This document shows, in pieces, positions 37,619 through 47,029 of a DNA stretch of 64,000 bases. The stretch spans positions 371,219 through 435,218 of IMG/VR virus record IMGVR_UViG_3300037313_001869; one strand, given 5' to 3'. The notes under the pieces are model-generated. The model saw nothing but the letters and a program-made list of their open reading frames with translations, ran no database searches and was not told where the DNA came from. The position numbers and the translations under genes are program-made. Source of the DNA: a virus. Taxonomy: Duplodnaviria > Caudoviricetes. Each line of letters begins with the position of its first letter. The stretch's first letter is position 1.

Positions 37619-38263
37619 TCAGGGCTTCTTGGTGAAGAGCACCTGAACGCGCACGTCGAGCATGGCCTTGCCCGGCTCGGCCGCCGAGCCCCGGGGCTTC
37701 GCGCCGTCGGTGAACGAGAGGCTCTTGCCCCGCGGCTGCTCGTCCTCGATGCTCCAGGACGAGACCTGGTAGGCGGCCGGGTCGAGGCTGAGCGCCTTGC
37801 ACTGGGCCTCGAACTTCGCCCGGGCCTTCTTCACGCCGTCGGCGAAGGCCGCGTTGGCGAACTCCGAAGCGTCGTCGACATGGAAGACGGGCGTGTCGGC
37901 CACGACTCCGGCGAGGCTCGTGAGCTGGTCGTGGACCGAGAGCGCCTCGATCACGTTCCTGCCCGCGAAGCTCGCCGTGAACGTCGCCCGGTAGCCCGAG
38001 GCCACCCTTCCGCCGCTGTTCGTGTGCGTGTACTCGGGCTCGACGGACTTGGTCGTCGTCACCCGGTCGGCTTCGAGCCCGGCCGTCTCGGCGTTGGCCT
38101 GGATGATCTTGAAGACGATCCCGATGAGGGGGTCGATCTTGTTCTTGGCCTCGGGGCCCGTGCTCGCCACCTCCGAGACCGTGACCTTGAAGGTCGCCTT
38201 GGTGAAGCGGCTCTCGGCCGAGCCCTTGGCGTTGACGCTGATTTGGTTGGGGGTCGTATACAT
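37619..38263 (-). CDS. SIMPL (DUF541) domain protein
   Basis: ISVNAKGSAE..ATFKVTV..GYRAT..ARAK..PGKAMLDVRVQVLF. Confidence 0.8.
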   Translation of the reverse strand: MYTTPNQISVNAKGSAESRFTKATFKVTVSEVASTGPEAKNKIDPLIGIVFKIIQANAETAGLEADRVTTTKSVEPEYTHTNSGGRVASGYRATFTASFAGRNVIEALSVHDQLTSLAGVVADTPVFHVDDASEFANAAFADGVKKARAKFEAQCKALSLDPAAYQVSSWSIEDEQPRGKSLSFTDGAKPRGSAAEPGKAMLDVRVQVLFTKKP

Positions 38264-38284
38264 GCCCAGCTCTTACACCGGGCG

Positions 38285-38563
38285 CTAGCTCGATTTCTTC
38301 TGCCGATCGCGCATCGCCCGGAGATCGGCGTAGAGGCTCCGGAAGCGGACCTGGTCGAAGGTCTCCTGGCCGTCGAGGCTCCCGAGGATGCGGCCCATCG
38401 TCTCGATCAGGTGATCGGCGATGTCCCCCGGGACCGGGTCGCCCTTCAGGTATTGCTCAGCAGGGCGGTAGGTCGACTGGGCCAGCTTGTCGCGCCCCTC
38501 GGGGTAGCTGAGGTAGTGGACGATCAGGTCTTCTTTCTGCTTGGGGGAAAGGGCGACTTGCAT
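38285..38563 (-). CDS. hypothetical protein
   Basis: KEDLIVHYLSYPEGRDKLAQS. Confidence 0.65.
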   Translation of the reverse strand: MQVALSPKQKEDLIVHYLSYPEGRDKLAQSTYRPAEQYLKGDPVPGDIADHLIETMGRILGSLDGQETFDQVRFRSLYADLRAMRDRQKKSS

Positions 38564-38748
38564 GGGGGCTCCGGATCAGGGTTTGCTGGCTTCTTCCTGA
38601 CGATAGCGAAGCATCTGCCGCACAAGCCCTCGTGTCCGGCGAGGAAGCTGGTTTCCGGGTAGAGCTGGTCGCAGCCCCAGCACGAGTAGAAGTCTGGGGG
38701 CGGCGCGTCCTCTGGGGGCTCGGGGCTTCGCTTCTGCTTGATGCTCAT
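38524..38748 (-). CDS. small Zn-finger protein
   Basis: CWGC..CGRC. Confidence 0.55.
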   Translation of the reverse strand: MSIKQKRSPEPPEDAPPPDFYSCWGCDQLYPETSFLAGHEGLCGRCFAIVRKKPANPDPEPPCKSPFPPSRKKT

Positions 38749-38753
38749 GTCCG

Positions 38754-39134
38754 TTACTGCGCCGAGGCAGCGGGCTTCGCCAGGTACCGTCCATCCTGGC
38801 AGGCCGCAAGGTCGATGCCGATCGACTTGGCCGCTCCCTCGTAATCGCCGTGCATCACCTGGACGCGGTTGTAGTGCCCCGAGATATGCACGAGGTGGCC
38901 GTGGGGCCCCTTCCAGTAGATCCCGTCGGACCCGGGCTCGTTGGTCACGCTCGTCTCCCGCAGACGCCAGCAGTTCATCGGCTGTCCGTCGTTCCGGTAC
39001 TGAACGATGATCCAGTCGGCGCCGTAGCTCTCGGCGTTGCAGCTCGCGCACTCCCTTTCCATCCCAGCACAGCCGACGAGCAGGGCGGCCGACAGGACGT
39101 AGTGAAGGGCGGTCTTCCAGGCAGGGGTTTTCAT
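38754..39134 (-). CDS. putative lipoprotein
   Basis: signal peptide with lipobox LVGC; GGTGTA upstream. Confidence 0.7.
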   Translation of the reverse strand: MKTPAWKTALHYVLSAALLVGCAGMERECASCNAESYGADWIIVQYRNDGQPMNCWRLRETSVTNEPGSDGIYWKGPHGHLVHISGHYNRVQVMHGDYEGAAKSIGIDLAACQDGRYLAKPAASAQ

Positions 39135-39239
39135 GCCCCCTGGTACACCGAAAGCTCGGTAAATCCATGCCTGGGTGTTTTCCCACCCATCTTTATTTTC
39201 GTAACTTTTCCCTCTATCCTATTTATGACTCCCTAGAGT

Positions 39240-39755
39240 GTGCCCTCGTACCTCCGGAGCCAGAGGTTGTACCAATTTCTGCGTAAAGCAGACGTGGTGC
39301 GCGACCTCGATCGGTTGCTCCGGGCGATCGAGGACGAGCTGGACTGGCTCTCCCTTTCACAAGGTTCGGGGGGCGGAGGCGGATCGGGCGGGGTAGAGCC
39401 TGGGCCGGCGGGCCTGTACGCCTGCGATCCTTCGGTTTTCGACACCGCTCTTGTCGTGGTTGATGCCGCCGATCATGTGATGCTCACCGACGGCCTGCTC
39501 CCGGCGCGAGGCTTCGTCACGTCCAAGCCCACGCCCACGACAGCCATCGTGCAATACGGCGGAGAGGTGGACGGCTTCTCGGACCTCGTCCCAGGGGCCA
39601 CGTACTACATGAGCCCTACGCCCGGGCACATCAGCTCCGAACCGCCCTCTCTGCCCGGCAATCTGGTGCAGAGGATCGGCTTCGCGAAGAACACAACGAC
39701 CATCGTGATTCGCATGGACGGGGACGCAATTTTGCTGTCCGAGTTACCCACTTAG
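39240..39755 (+). CDS. virion structural-like protein (decoration/cement-like); in-frame TTA three codons before TAG
   Basis: GFV..PTPTTAIVQYGGEV..LVPGATYYMS..PG...VQRIGFAKNTTTI. Confidence 0.7.
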   Translation: MPSYLRSQRLYQFLRKADVVRDLDRLLRAIEDELDWLSLSQGSGGGGGSGGVEPGPAGLYACDPSVFDTALVVVDAADHVMLTDGLLPARGFVTSKPTPTTAIVQYGGEVDGFSDLVPGATYYMSPTPGHISSEPPSLPGNLVQRIGFAKNTTTIVIRMDGDAILLSELPT

Positions 39756-39779
39756 CCCTCGAAAACCCAGGAGATTCGC

Positions 39780-40949
39780 ATGGCCGACTACAAAGCGCTT
39801 ACCCTACAGTCCGGATCGATCAAGCAGCTCATCAACACCGATCGGCTGATCGTCGGCGCGGGCATCATCTCAGCGGCCGGCGCGTTGGTCCTCGCGGCAG
39901 CGGGTACCGACGTTCAGGTTCAGGCGAACAAGAACCTCTCGGCCGCTGCCGGTTCGGGCGCGATCGACTTCTCCTCGGCCACGGGTCTTTTCAAGACCTC
40001 GACCGGCGCGGTCACGATCGGCCCTGGTACCGTCACGGTCTCGGGCACGACGACGTTCTCGGCGTCCGGCACGGCCCTCACGGTCACCAACAACACCCTG
40101 CTCTCGGGCACGACCACCACGACGGGGCTCCTGACCTCGAACGGCGGCCACACCATCTCTGGTGCCCTCACGCAGACGACGGGCGCTGTCTCCCTCACCG
40201 GCAACGCAGCGTCGAGCTTCACGACCAGCTCGGGGGCCCTCACCCTCACCTCGGCGGTCGCGGCCACCTGGTCGACGACCGCCGGTGCCCTGACCCTCAA
40301 CGGTACAGGTGGCCTCAGCCTTCAGGGTGGCGGGGTCACGGCCCTGGCCGTCAACAACGCGGGCACGGCCATCACGGTCCAGGGTGGGGCCACCCTCGGG
40401 ACGACCGGCACGGGCAACATCAACCTGCCGAACAACGGGAGTGCCCGGTTCCAGATCGAAGGCGCGAGCGTCTCGTCCAACGTCACCGCAGCGAACCTCG
40501 GCACGCTGACGGCGGGCTCGTCGAGCATCGCCGATAGCCTCCACACCCACGCCGGCATCCCGGTCCTGACCGGTCTGACGACCACGGGCCTCGGCGACGG
40601 GGATTTTGCCTACATCTCGGCGAACAACACCGTCTCGAAGACCGATGCGACAGCGCTCGCCTCTTCCTACGTCATCGGCGCCAACACCGGCACCTCCGGC
40701 GCGATCGTCACGGGTGGGCTCATCTCGAACGCGAAGTTCACGACCGCGGGCGGCTCTCCCTCGGCCGGCAGCCCGGTCTACCTCGCTCTCAGCACCGACG
40801 ACACGAGCACGGGCTCGGGCAAGCTGACCGCCACGGTCCCCTCGACGGGTATCGTCGTCGAGGTCGGTATCTGCATCGACAACTCCAACTACGCCGCCTC
40901 GAAGACGGCCAAGGTCCTCCTCCAGCCCAAGATGGCCATCACCCTCTGA
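39780..40949 (+). CDS. T/G/S/A-rich fibre-like virion protein
   Basis: 389 aa with beta-rich T..GALTL repeats; C-terminal domain similar to preceding gene; AGGAG RBS. Confidence 0.8.
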   Translation: MADYKALTLQSGSIKQLINTDRLIVGAGIISAAGALVLAAAGTDVQVQANKNLSAAAGSGAIDFSSATGLFKTSTGAVTIGPGTVTVSGTTTFSASGTALTVTNNTLLSGTTTTTGLLTSNGGHTISGALTQTTGAVSLTGNAASSFTTSSGALTLTSAVAATWSTTAGALTLNGTGGLSLQGGGVTALAVNNAGTAITVQGGATLGTTGTGNINLPNNGSARFQIEGASVSSNVTAANLGTLTAGSSSIADSLHTHAGIPVLTGLTTTGLGDGDFAYISANNTVSKTDATALASSYVIGANTGTSGAIVTGGLISNAKFTTAGGSPSAGSPVYLALSTDDTSTGSGKLTATVPSTGIVVEVGICIDNSNYAASKTAKVLLQPKMAITL

Positions 40950-40967
40950 TCCGATCCGGAGCCCACC

Positions 40968-41264
40968 ATGAAGAAGAAATCGAACAAGAGCCCGAAGTCG
41001 TCCGCCCCCGAGACCCGCAAGGTATCGCCCGAGGACGAGCGACAGCTTCGAGCCCTGGAGCACGAGGTGACGCAAGCCAAGATTCAGCTTGCAGACCTCG
41101 TGCTCCAGCAGCGAGCCGCCGAGCACGCCGTGGCGCTCTCCATCGAGCGCTACAAGGACAAGGTCTTCGCCATTGCCCGGTCGCAGGGGATCGACCCGGA
41201 CGACGCCTCAAAGGCCCGGTGGGACTTCAACGCCGACACCATGCTGTTCGTTCGCACGTCGTGA
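40968..41264 (+). CDS. coiled-coil protein (possible fibre chaperone)
   Basis: heptad-rich 98 aa; GGAG RBS. Confidence 0.7.
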   Translation: MKKKSNKSPKSSAPETRKVSPEDERQLRALEHEVTQAKIQLADLVLQQRAAEHAVALSIERYKDKVFAIARSQGIDPDDASKARWDFNADTMLFVRTS

Positions 41265-41268
41265 CGCC

Positions 41269-41787
41269 ATGGCCCAGGTACGCCTTCTCAAGTTTTCACA
41301 GTCCCCTGCTTCCCCGCAGCGGCATGTCGAGTCGACCGATTCGGTCCGTATCGCGTCCTTGGGCCTGGGGGTCAACGCCCCGAGTACCATCGGGCTCATC
41401 GCGTTTACGGACGCAACCCCGACCGCAGCCGGCCAGCTCGGCATGGACACAACAACCGGAAGACCCCGCTGCTACATCAGCGGGGCCTCTCGGTCCCTCG
41501 CCTACCAAGGCGAGAGCAACATTGACCTCTTCCTCTCGTCGGACCCCACGACGCCCGGGCACGCCTACGCCCAGGTTGTCACCTCGGGCAAGGTCACCCG
41601 GGAGACGTGGACGGCGACCTCGGGTGGGGCGCTCATCAAGAGCGTCGACTACACCTACACTAGCAACAAAGTACAGACGATCGTGACCAAGGTGTTCGCT
41701 TCGGACGGCACGACCATCACGGGCCAGACGACCATCACCTACTCCTACGGAGCGACCGTCTCCTACACGCTCGTGAGGGACGTTTTA
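41269..41787 (+). CDS. virion-like protein (proposed end at in-frame TTA)
   Basis: ...SYTLVRDV then TTA overlapping the next ATG (TTATG). Confidence 0.7.
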
Positions 41788-42740
41788 TGCCGGGCTCCAT
41801 CGCGCTTTCTTCCTTCCCCATCACCCGCGATCCCAACGCGCAGGCGATCCACGCGAACTCCACGGTCACGGCGTCGGGCTCTTCGATCGTCACCGGCTAC
41901 GGCTCTTCCGAGGTCACCCTGTTCGTCAACGTCAAGGCCGCGCCTACGGGCACGACCCCGACGCTCACGTACACGCTTCAGGAGGTCGACCCAGGGGATA
42001 CGACGACCGTGATCGGTACCACCGTGTCGAGCACGACGATCTCGGCCTTGGGCATCCAGAAAGTCACGCTGCCCTGTCTCTTTGGCGGGGCCATCAAGGT
42101 CTCCTGGACCGTCACCGGCACGACCCCGAGTTTCACGCAGGTTTACGCCACCCTCATCAACAAGTCTGGCACGATCAAGATCACCGACGCGGCAGGCACG
42201 GCGTTCGGCACGAGCACCAACCCCATCCAGGTCTCGGAGTTCGAGAAGGCCACCTACAGCGCCAGCATCCTGGCGCTCGCCCCGGCCACGACCCCGACGG
42301 ATGTTTTCACAATCACGGGGTCGGCCTCGAAGGTCCTGCGTGTCACCTACCTGGAAGTCTTCGGCATCCAGACGACCGCGGGACATCCTGTCATCCAGCT
42401 CGTCAAGCGCAGCACGGCCAACACGGGCGGCACGTCCGCCGCCGTTACGGCCGTGCCCTATGACTCCTCCGATGCAGCGGCGACGGGAACCGTGCTCTCG
42501 TACACGGCCAACCCCACCGCCCTTGGAACATCGGTGGGTGTCGTTCGTGCTGGCCGCATTTTCGTCCCCACCTCCGCAACCGCTTCTGATCAGCACGGCG
42601 TTCGGTGGGACTTTGGTACAAGGGACAACGGAAAAGCTGTTGTTCTCCGAGGCACTACGCAGGTCCTCGCGGTCAACCTCAACTCTGTGACCCTGACGGG
42701 TGGGTCGCTGTCCATCAACGTCGAATGGACGGAAGAGTGA
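41787..42740 (+). CDS. T-rich virion structural-like protein
   Basis: 317 aa, beta-rich, ends INVEWTEE. Confidence 0.8.
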   Translation: MPGSIALSSFPITRDPNAQAIHANSTVTASGSSIVTGYGSSEVTLFVNVKAAPTGTTPTLTYTLQEVDPGDTTTVIGTTVSSTTISALGIQKVTLPCLFGGAIKVSWTVTGTTPSFTQVYATLINKSGTIKITDAAGTAFGTSTNPIQVSEFEKATYSASILALAPATTPTDVFTITGSASKVLRVTYLEVFGIQTTAGHPVIQLVKRSTANTGGTSAAVTAVPYDSSDAAATGTVLSYTANPTALGTSVGVVRAGRIFVPTSATASDQHGVRWDFGTRDNGKAVVLRGTTQVLAVNLNSVTLTGGSLSINVEWTEE

Positions 42741-42742
42741 GC

Positions 42743-42973
42743 TTACTTCCCCTTCGCCGAACGCCAGACGATCTCGCCCTTCGGGCCTTCGCACGCCGCG
42801 AGCTTGCCTTGGCACCAGAGGGGCTCTTGTCCCCCGCACGCCTCCTGGCACCTCGTCAGCGTGTCGTTCGCGATCCAGAGAGCAGTGCCCCCGATGGTCA
42901 GGATGACCAGGATGCCGACCGGTACCATCCAGAAGCTCCCAGACGAATAACCCCGCGTCATGGCACATTCCAT
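42743..42973 (-). CDS. small membrane protein
   Basis: hydrophobic helix plus Cys-rich tail. Confidence 0.5.
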   Translation of the reverse strand: MECAMTRGYSSGSFWMVPVGILVILTIGGTALWIANDTLTRCQEACGGQEPLWCQGKLAACEGPKGEIVWRSAKGK

Positions 42974-42976
42974 CCG

Positions 42977-43342
42977 TCAACGATCTTCTCTGAAGTCGTA
43001 CATATGGTCGAAATCTGGGTCCCATGGATCGGCGAAATACTCGGGAAATATAGCCCGACCACATGGCTCGCAGTAGTCGGCATCACCAGAAGGCCCCCCA
43101 CATTCTTCGCAGGTTTGTTCTTCTGGCTCAGGCCGATCTTTAGGTTTGGCGGGTTGTCCGTTGGGGCCGAGGATGATGAGACCCTCTTTGCTGGCAACCT
43201 GCTTGAAGCCGAACATGCTTTTCAGCACGCGCTCGACCTCTGCCCTGGGCTTCTTCAGCTCGGACGCGACCTTGTCGATCAGTCCGTTCCGGCGAAGGGG
43301 CTTTTCTGAGACCACTTTGAGGATGTAGGCGCCTATTTTCAT
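42977..43342 (-). CDS. hypothetical Zn-finger protein
   Basis: CEEC..CEPC; GAGGGAG RBS. Confidence 0.6.
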   Translation of the reverse strand: MKIGAYILKVVSEKPLRRNGLIDKVASELKKPRAEVERVLKSMFGFKQVASKEGLIILGPNGQPAKPKDRPEPEEQTCEECGGPSGDADYCEPCGRAIFPEYFADPWDPDFDHMYDFREDR

Positions 43343-43349
43343 CTCTCCC

Positions 43350-43760
43350 TCACACCGAGCTATGGCGGCCCGAGCATACATCAGACGGCTCGTTAGCCAG
43401 CTCTTCGAGGATGGCCCTCTGCTCTTCGATGACCCGGGCTGCCTCGTTGATCTTTTGGAGGGCGGCTTCTGCCTGGGCCTCCCGATCAGGGATCAGTTCC
43501 CAGTCGTTGTCGTGCCAGTGGTCCCCTCGCCACTGAAACCAGAGGTTCTGGCACCCAAGGGCCTTGCCATGGCAGTCGAGGATGGTGAGCCCGATGAGCT
43601 GGTCGTCGATGTCGTTGACCCGGGCCGCGGTCGGAACGCCGCTCTTGAAGAAGCTGAGGTCGAGGCCGGGTCTCGGCCGGAGCAGGGCGCCTCTTCGGGC
43701 CCACCGGGGGAGGGCGGGGGTGTGGTCAGTTGACGGGGTGGGCTTGGGCCTTGGCGTCAT
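43350..43760 (-). CDS. hypothetical protein
   Basis: 136 aa ORF. Confidence 0.6.
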   Translation of the reverse strand: MTPRPKPTPSTDHTPALPRWARRGALLRPRPGLDLSFFKSGVPTAARVNDIDDQLIGLTILDCHGKALGCQNLWFQWRGDHWHDNDWELIPDREAQAEAALQKINEAARVIEEQRAILEELANEPSDVCSGRHSSV

Positions 43761-43768
43761 AGTCGTTC

Positions 43769-44077
43769 TCAGCCTCCCGTCGGGGTCTTGTCATCGAAGC
43801 CTACGATGTACTGGGCCGAGATGACGTTCGCGTTGCCCGGGTAGACCGGCGTAGCCTCGATGAGGTGGCCACAGTGAACGCGCACCATCTTGCCAGCCTC
43901 GCGCGGGTGCCCCTCGGGAAGGTCCATGTTCGGGTCGGTGAGCTTCAGCTCGACCGCCGACATGGTGGTATTGAGGACCCTGTAGAGGTTACCATCAACA
44001 TGTTCGGCCCAGGCGACTTCCGACCCATGGTCGAGGTGGAGGCGCACTAGGCGGCGTGGCGTTTTGGTTTCGATCAT
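43769..44077 (-). CDS. hypothetical protein
   Basis: CGGTGTA upstream. Confidence 0.65.
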   Translation of the reverse strand: MIETKTPRRLVRLHLDHGSEVAWAEHVDGNLYRVLNTTMSAVELKLTDPNMDLPEGHPREAGKMVRVHCGHLIEATPVYPGNANVISAQYIVGFDDKTPTGG

Positions 44078-44095
44078 ACCTGGCTTTACACCGTG

Positions 44096-44302
44096 CTAAA
44101 GCCAGGGGTGGCGGTAGCCTTCGGGGAAATGCTGGCTATGGCCGCAGTGCCGGCAGATGAGAAAGACCCTGAGGTAGGGTGTCAAGCCGGGCCTTTCGGG
44201 GTCCTTCAAGGTCTGCCGCTCGTACTCGTGTTTGCACGGCGGGAACGGGTCCGGGTAGACGCCGTCGTCGTCTGGGGCCGGCAGGCGGTAGGTCATGCTC
44301 AC
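44096..44302 (-). CDS. small Zn-binding protein
   Basis: CKH..CRHCGH. Confidence 0.55.
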   Translation of the reverse strand: MSMTYRLPAPDDDGVYPDPFPPCKHEYERQTLKDPERPGLTPYLRVFLICRHCGHSQHFPEGYRHPWL

Positions 44303-44739
44303 TCCCGGACGAGACGCCGGGCCCGCCTCTCTTCGGCGTAGCCCTGGTCCATGGCCTCTCGCTGCTCTCTCGCCTGCTCTGCCTCGTGGGCCTCGGCGGC
44401 TCGGATGGCCTTGGATGCGGGCTCGTACTCGTTCGGGTCGAGAGCGTCGATCTCGGCCGCTTCTTCGGGCGTCAGCTCCCGGCAGTGGCCCACGTTCACG
44501 CCCTGCTCACGAAGCATGATGCGCTCGGCCGTGTACCGGTCGAAGCCACGTTCCATGAGCATCTCGACGGAAGGGGGCGGGGCCTCGACCACGATGCAGC
44601 CGTCGATCTCCCCCAGCTCTCGCGCGTAGACCTCTTCGGCCTTCTGCCGGTCGTAACCGAAGTTCTTCATCAGCGACTCGACGCTGAGAGGCACCGTCTT
44701 CGGCTTGCGACGCTTCTTTCGACGGGGGAGAGCGCTCAT
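44299..44739 (-). CDS. hypothetical protein with internal repeat
   Basis: SVESLMKNFGYDRQKAE / SVEMLMERGFDRYTAE. Confidence 0.65.
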   Translation of the reverse strand: MSALPRRKKRRKPKTVPLSVESLMKNFGYDRQKAEEVYARELGEIDGCIVVEAPPPSVEMLMERGFDRYTAERIMLREQGVNVGHCRELTPEEAAEIDALDPNEYEPASKAIRAAEAHEAEQAREQREAMDQGYAEERRARRLVRE

Positions 44740-46367
44740 GGCATCTCGATGGGATGGGTGTAGGGTGGGGGCTCTTTTTTGGGGCGTTCCTCGGCTATTT
44801 TGGGCAGCGCTTGCATCAAGTAGCAGCTTTTTGCCGGCACCCCTGATGCTCTCAAGATCCTTCGGTTCTCTCGCACCACCATGGGGTAGACAGGGTCTTG
44901 GGAAGGGTCCGTCATCAACTTGACCCACCTAGGCCCCTTCTCAAGAAAAATCGCCTTTTTGTAGGAGTACCTGTGGCGTTTAAGCCAAGGGCGGAGGTAT
45001 CCGAGCGCTTGTCCGTTCTCCGAGACCACGAGCTTATGCCCGTCGAAACTTGCCCTAATGAGCTTTCCCTGTACTCGGTCCCGGTGCTCTCTCAGTCGTT
45101 GTTGAAGGTAACTGAAATCGGACTCGGAGAGCCCGAGGGCCGCCTCTCGAAACTCCTTTTCTTTCTGCTCCAAGTACAGAGGCCCCTCAGCTAGAATGAA
45201 CTCGACCAAAGCCGGGTCTGGCAGTTTTCGGCACGGCAACTCCCGTGAGGGGGAAAACGTGCCACTTGGGGCGGGAGCCAGCTCTGCACCTTCTGCTTGC
45301 AAAAGAAGGTCGTAGACCTCTTCGTAGGAGGCTTGTCCGGTGGTGATTTCCTGCCGCAGTCTCTCGTAGAGCTGTTGGTACCGCTTGGCTTTTGCGGCCT
45401 CTCTGGCAAGGTTTGCGTTATCTTGGCGTTGCTTGGCCTCTCTTTCGGCTCTTTTTTTGCTGTAGGCCCAGTCGCTATTTGCCTTCCAAATAGCCTTGAA
45501 TGTGCGGACCCTGTTCAAGGTTTTTGCATGATCTGACTCGATTTGCTGCCGCAGATCATTGTCGTGCAGCACGTCCAGGAGGTGCCGGCGAATGAACTCG
45601 CCCTTCGAGATCAGGTGTCCAACGAGGCGATGGTCTTCCATCCTGGACACTTTGAGGATTGACCCGCGCACCCCTTGTGCCTCATCGAAACAGAACTCTG
45701 AGCCAAGATCCAGGTAAAGAGGGGCCCGGACTTGTAGGACAGACTTTCTCGGCCTGGTCCAATAAATACCAATCCTGGGCGGTCGCAGTTGAAGGTTGCC
45801 TTTGGGGCCCATGGGGTATGCACCTCGAAGGCGACGAGGCAAGCTCAACATGAGGCCCTCATGGTAGCCTCGGTAAAGCCCCTCTTGCTCCCCCTCCCTA
45901 GCGATTCGGATGGTTGGAGCATCGCGCCGAACGCAGATGGGGTCAGGATGCTCTTCGGAGAGGTTTAGGTTGTGGAGAAAAGGTGTGGCATCGAACAGCC
46001 AGACCATCTTCCCGTAGAACGCTTCTCTTGCACGCACATCTTCGTTGGAGATCAAGGAGTGTTGAAGCTCGACGACTACCCCGCGGTTGCCAACGATGTC
46101 GGCTCGGTGGTGGTAGGTCTTCCCGTCGCGTTCTTCACGCATGGTCCGTTCGAGGTGGTCAGGCCGAACAAGGGATTGCCACCCGAGGTGCCATGGCCCA
46201 ACAGGCTCACTCCAAGAGTCGCACTCGCGAACCGAGAGATGGGCCCAGTGGTGAGCGACATGCACCCCACAATGGGCCACTACGGCGCTGTCGCAGGAGG
46301 GGCAGCGTCCCCTTTCGGCACTCCTCTCGGGAAGCCTTCGGCCTGTATCGGTGTTGGCAAATCTCAT
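44736..46367 (-). CDS. CoiA-like nuclease domain protein
   Basis: CPSC..HWAH..WH..W..RADIV..VVELQHS..RE.FY..MVWLFD. Confidence 0.8.
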   Translation of the reverse strand: MRFANTDTGRRLPERSAERGRCPSCDSAVVAHCGVHVAHHWAHLSVRECDSWSEPVGPWHLGWQSLVRPDHLERTMREERDGKTYHHRADIVGNRGVVVELQHSLISNEDVRAREAFYGKMVWLFDATPFLHNLNLSEEHPDPICVRRDAPTIRIAREGEQEGLYRGYHEGLMLSLPRRLRGAYPMGPKGNLQLRPPRIGIYWTRPRKSVLQVRAPLYLDLGSEFCFDEAQGVRGSILKVSRMEDHRLVGHLISKGEFIRRHLLDVLHDNDLRQQIESDHAKTLNRVRTFKAIWKANSDWAYSKKRAEREAKQRQDNANLAREAAKAKRYQQLYERLRQEITTGQASYEEVYDLLLQAEGAELAPAPSGTFSPSRELPCRKLPDPALVEFILAEGPLYLEQKEKEFREAALGLSESDFSYLQQRLREHRDRVQGKLIRASFDGHKLVVSENGQALGYLRPWLKRHRYSYKKAIFLEKGPRWVKLMTDPSQDPVYPMVVRENRRILRASGVPAKSCYLMQALPKIAEERPKKEPPPYTHPIEMP

Positions 46368-46371
46368 GGGG

Positions 46372-46542
46372 TCACCGGCTCGCCGCAGGGTGGGGCGGGG
46401 GGTTGCCACAGAAGCACTGGTTCGTGTTGCTGTTCGAGTAGAGCATCACCTGGCCCGAGGCGTGGCACGCCTTCGAGCACTCATCGGGCGTGGGTCCGCA
46501 GCTCACGAGAACCAGGGTCAGGAACAAGAGGGCGGCTTTCAT
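46372..46542 (-). CDS. small Cys-rich lipoprotein (56 aa, below ORF-track cutoff)
   Basis: MKAALLFLTLVLVSCGPTPDECSKAC...; TGATG coupling. Confidence 0.6.
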   Translation of the reverse strand: MKAALLFLTLVLVSCGPTPDECSKACHASGQVMLYSNSNTNQCFCGNPPPHPAASR

Positions 46543-46865
46543 CAGGCGTCTCCTTCGGGCAGGGCCTCGATCTCTTCGAGGTCATCAGGGTCGACGCCGA
46601 ACACGATGCGGTTCTCGGTCACCCTCCCGCGGTTGGCTTCGACAGGGATCGAGACCTGGACGGTGATCTTGCCCATGCTTGGAGAGATGTCGTTCGGGCC
46701 GTTGATCATGTGGAAGGCCACGTAGTGCCCCGTGGACTTGAGACGGTAGAGCGTCCAAGGGTGGAACCGCTCGGCCACCTTCCGCAGGTCCTCGGGCAGC
46801 GCGGCCCGCCACTCCTCGAATGACGCGCGATGGCGCTCTTCAGGCTCGTACCACTTTGTTCGCAT
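46542..46865 (-). CDS. hypothetical protein
   Basis: CGGTGTA upstream. Confidence 0.65.
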   Translation of the reverse strand: MRTKWYEPEERHRASFEEWRAALPEDLRKVAERFHPWTLYRLKSTGHYVAFHMINGPNDISPSMGKITVQVSIPVEANRGRVTENRIVFGVDPDDLEEIEALPEGDA

Positions 46866-46906
46866 GAGGGTACCTTACACCGACCTCTAACGGTTGTCCT
46901 TGGGGC

Positions 46907-47029
46907 TCATGAAGCTGACCTACACCGGCAACCCGTACAGACACCGACGACCAGCCCGTGCCGGTACCTCAGGGTCACGAACATCCGGCGGCAGGCCGTG
47001 CAGAAGAAGTCGACGGGCAGCCCGTTCAT
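46907..47029 (-). CDS. tiny Zn-finger protein
   Basis: CTAC..CTGC; ATGA overlap. Confidence 0.4.
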   Translation of the reverse strand: MNGLPVDFFCTACRRMFVTLRYRHGLVVGVCTGCRCRSAS

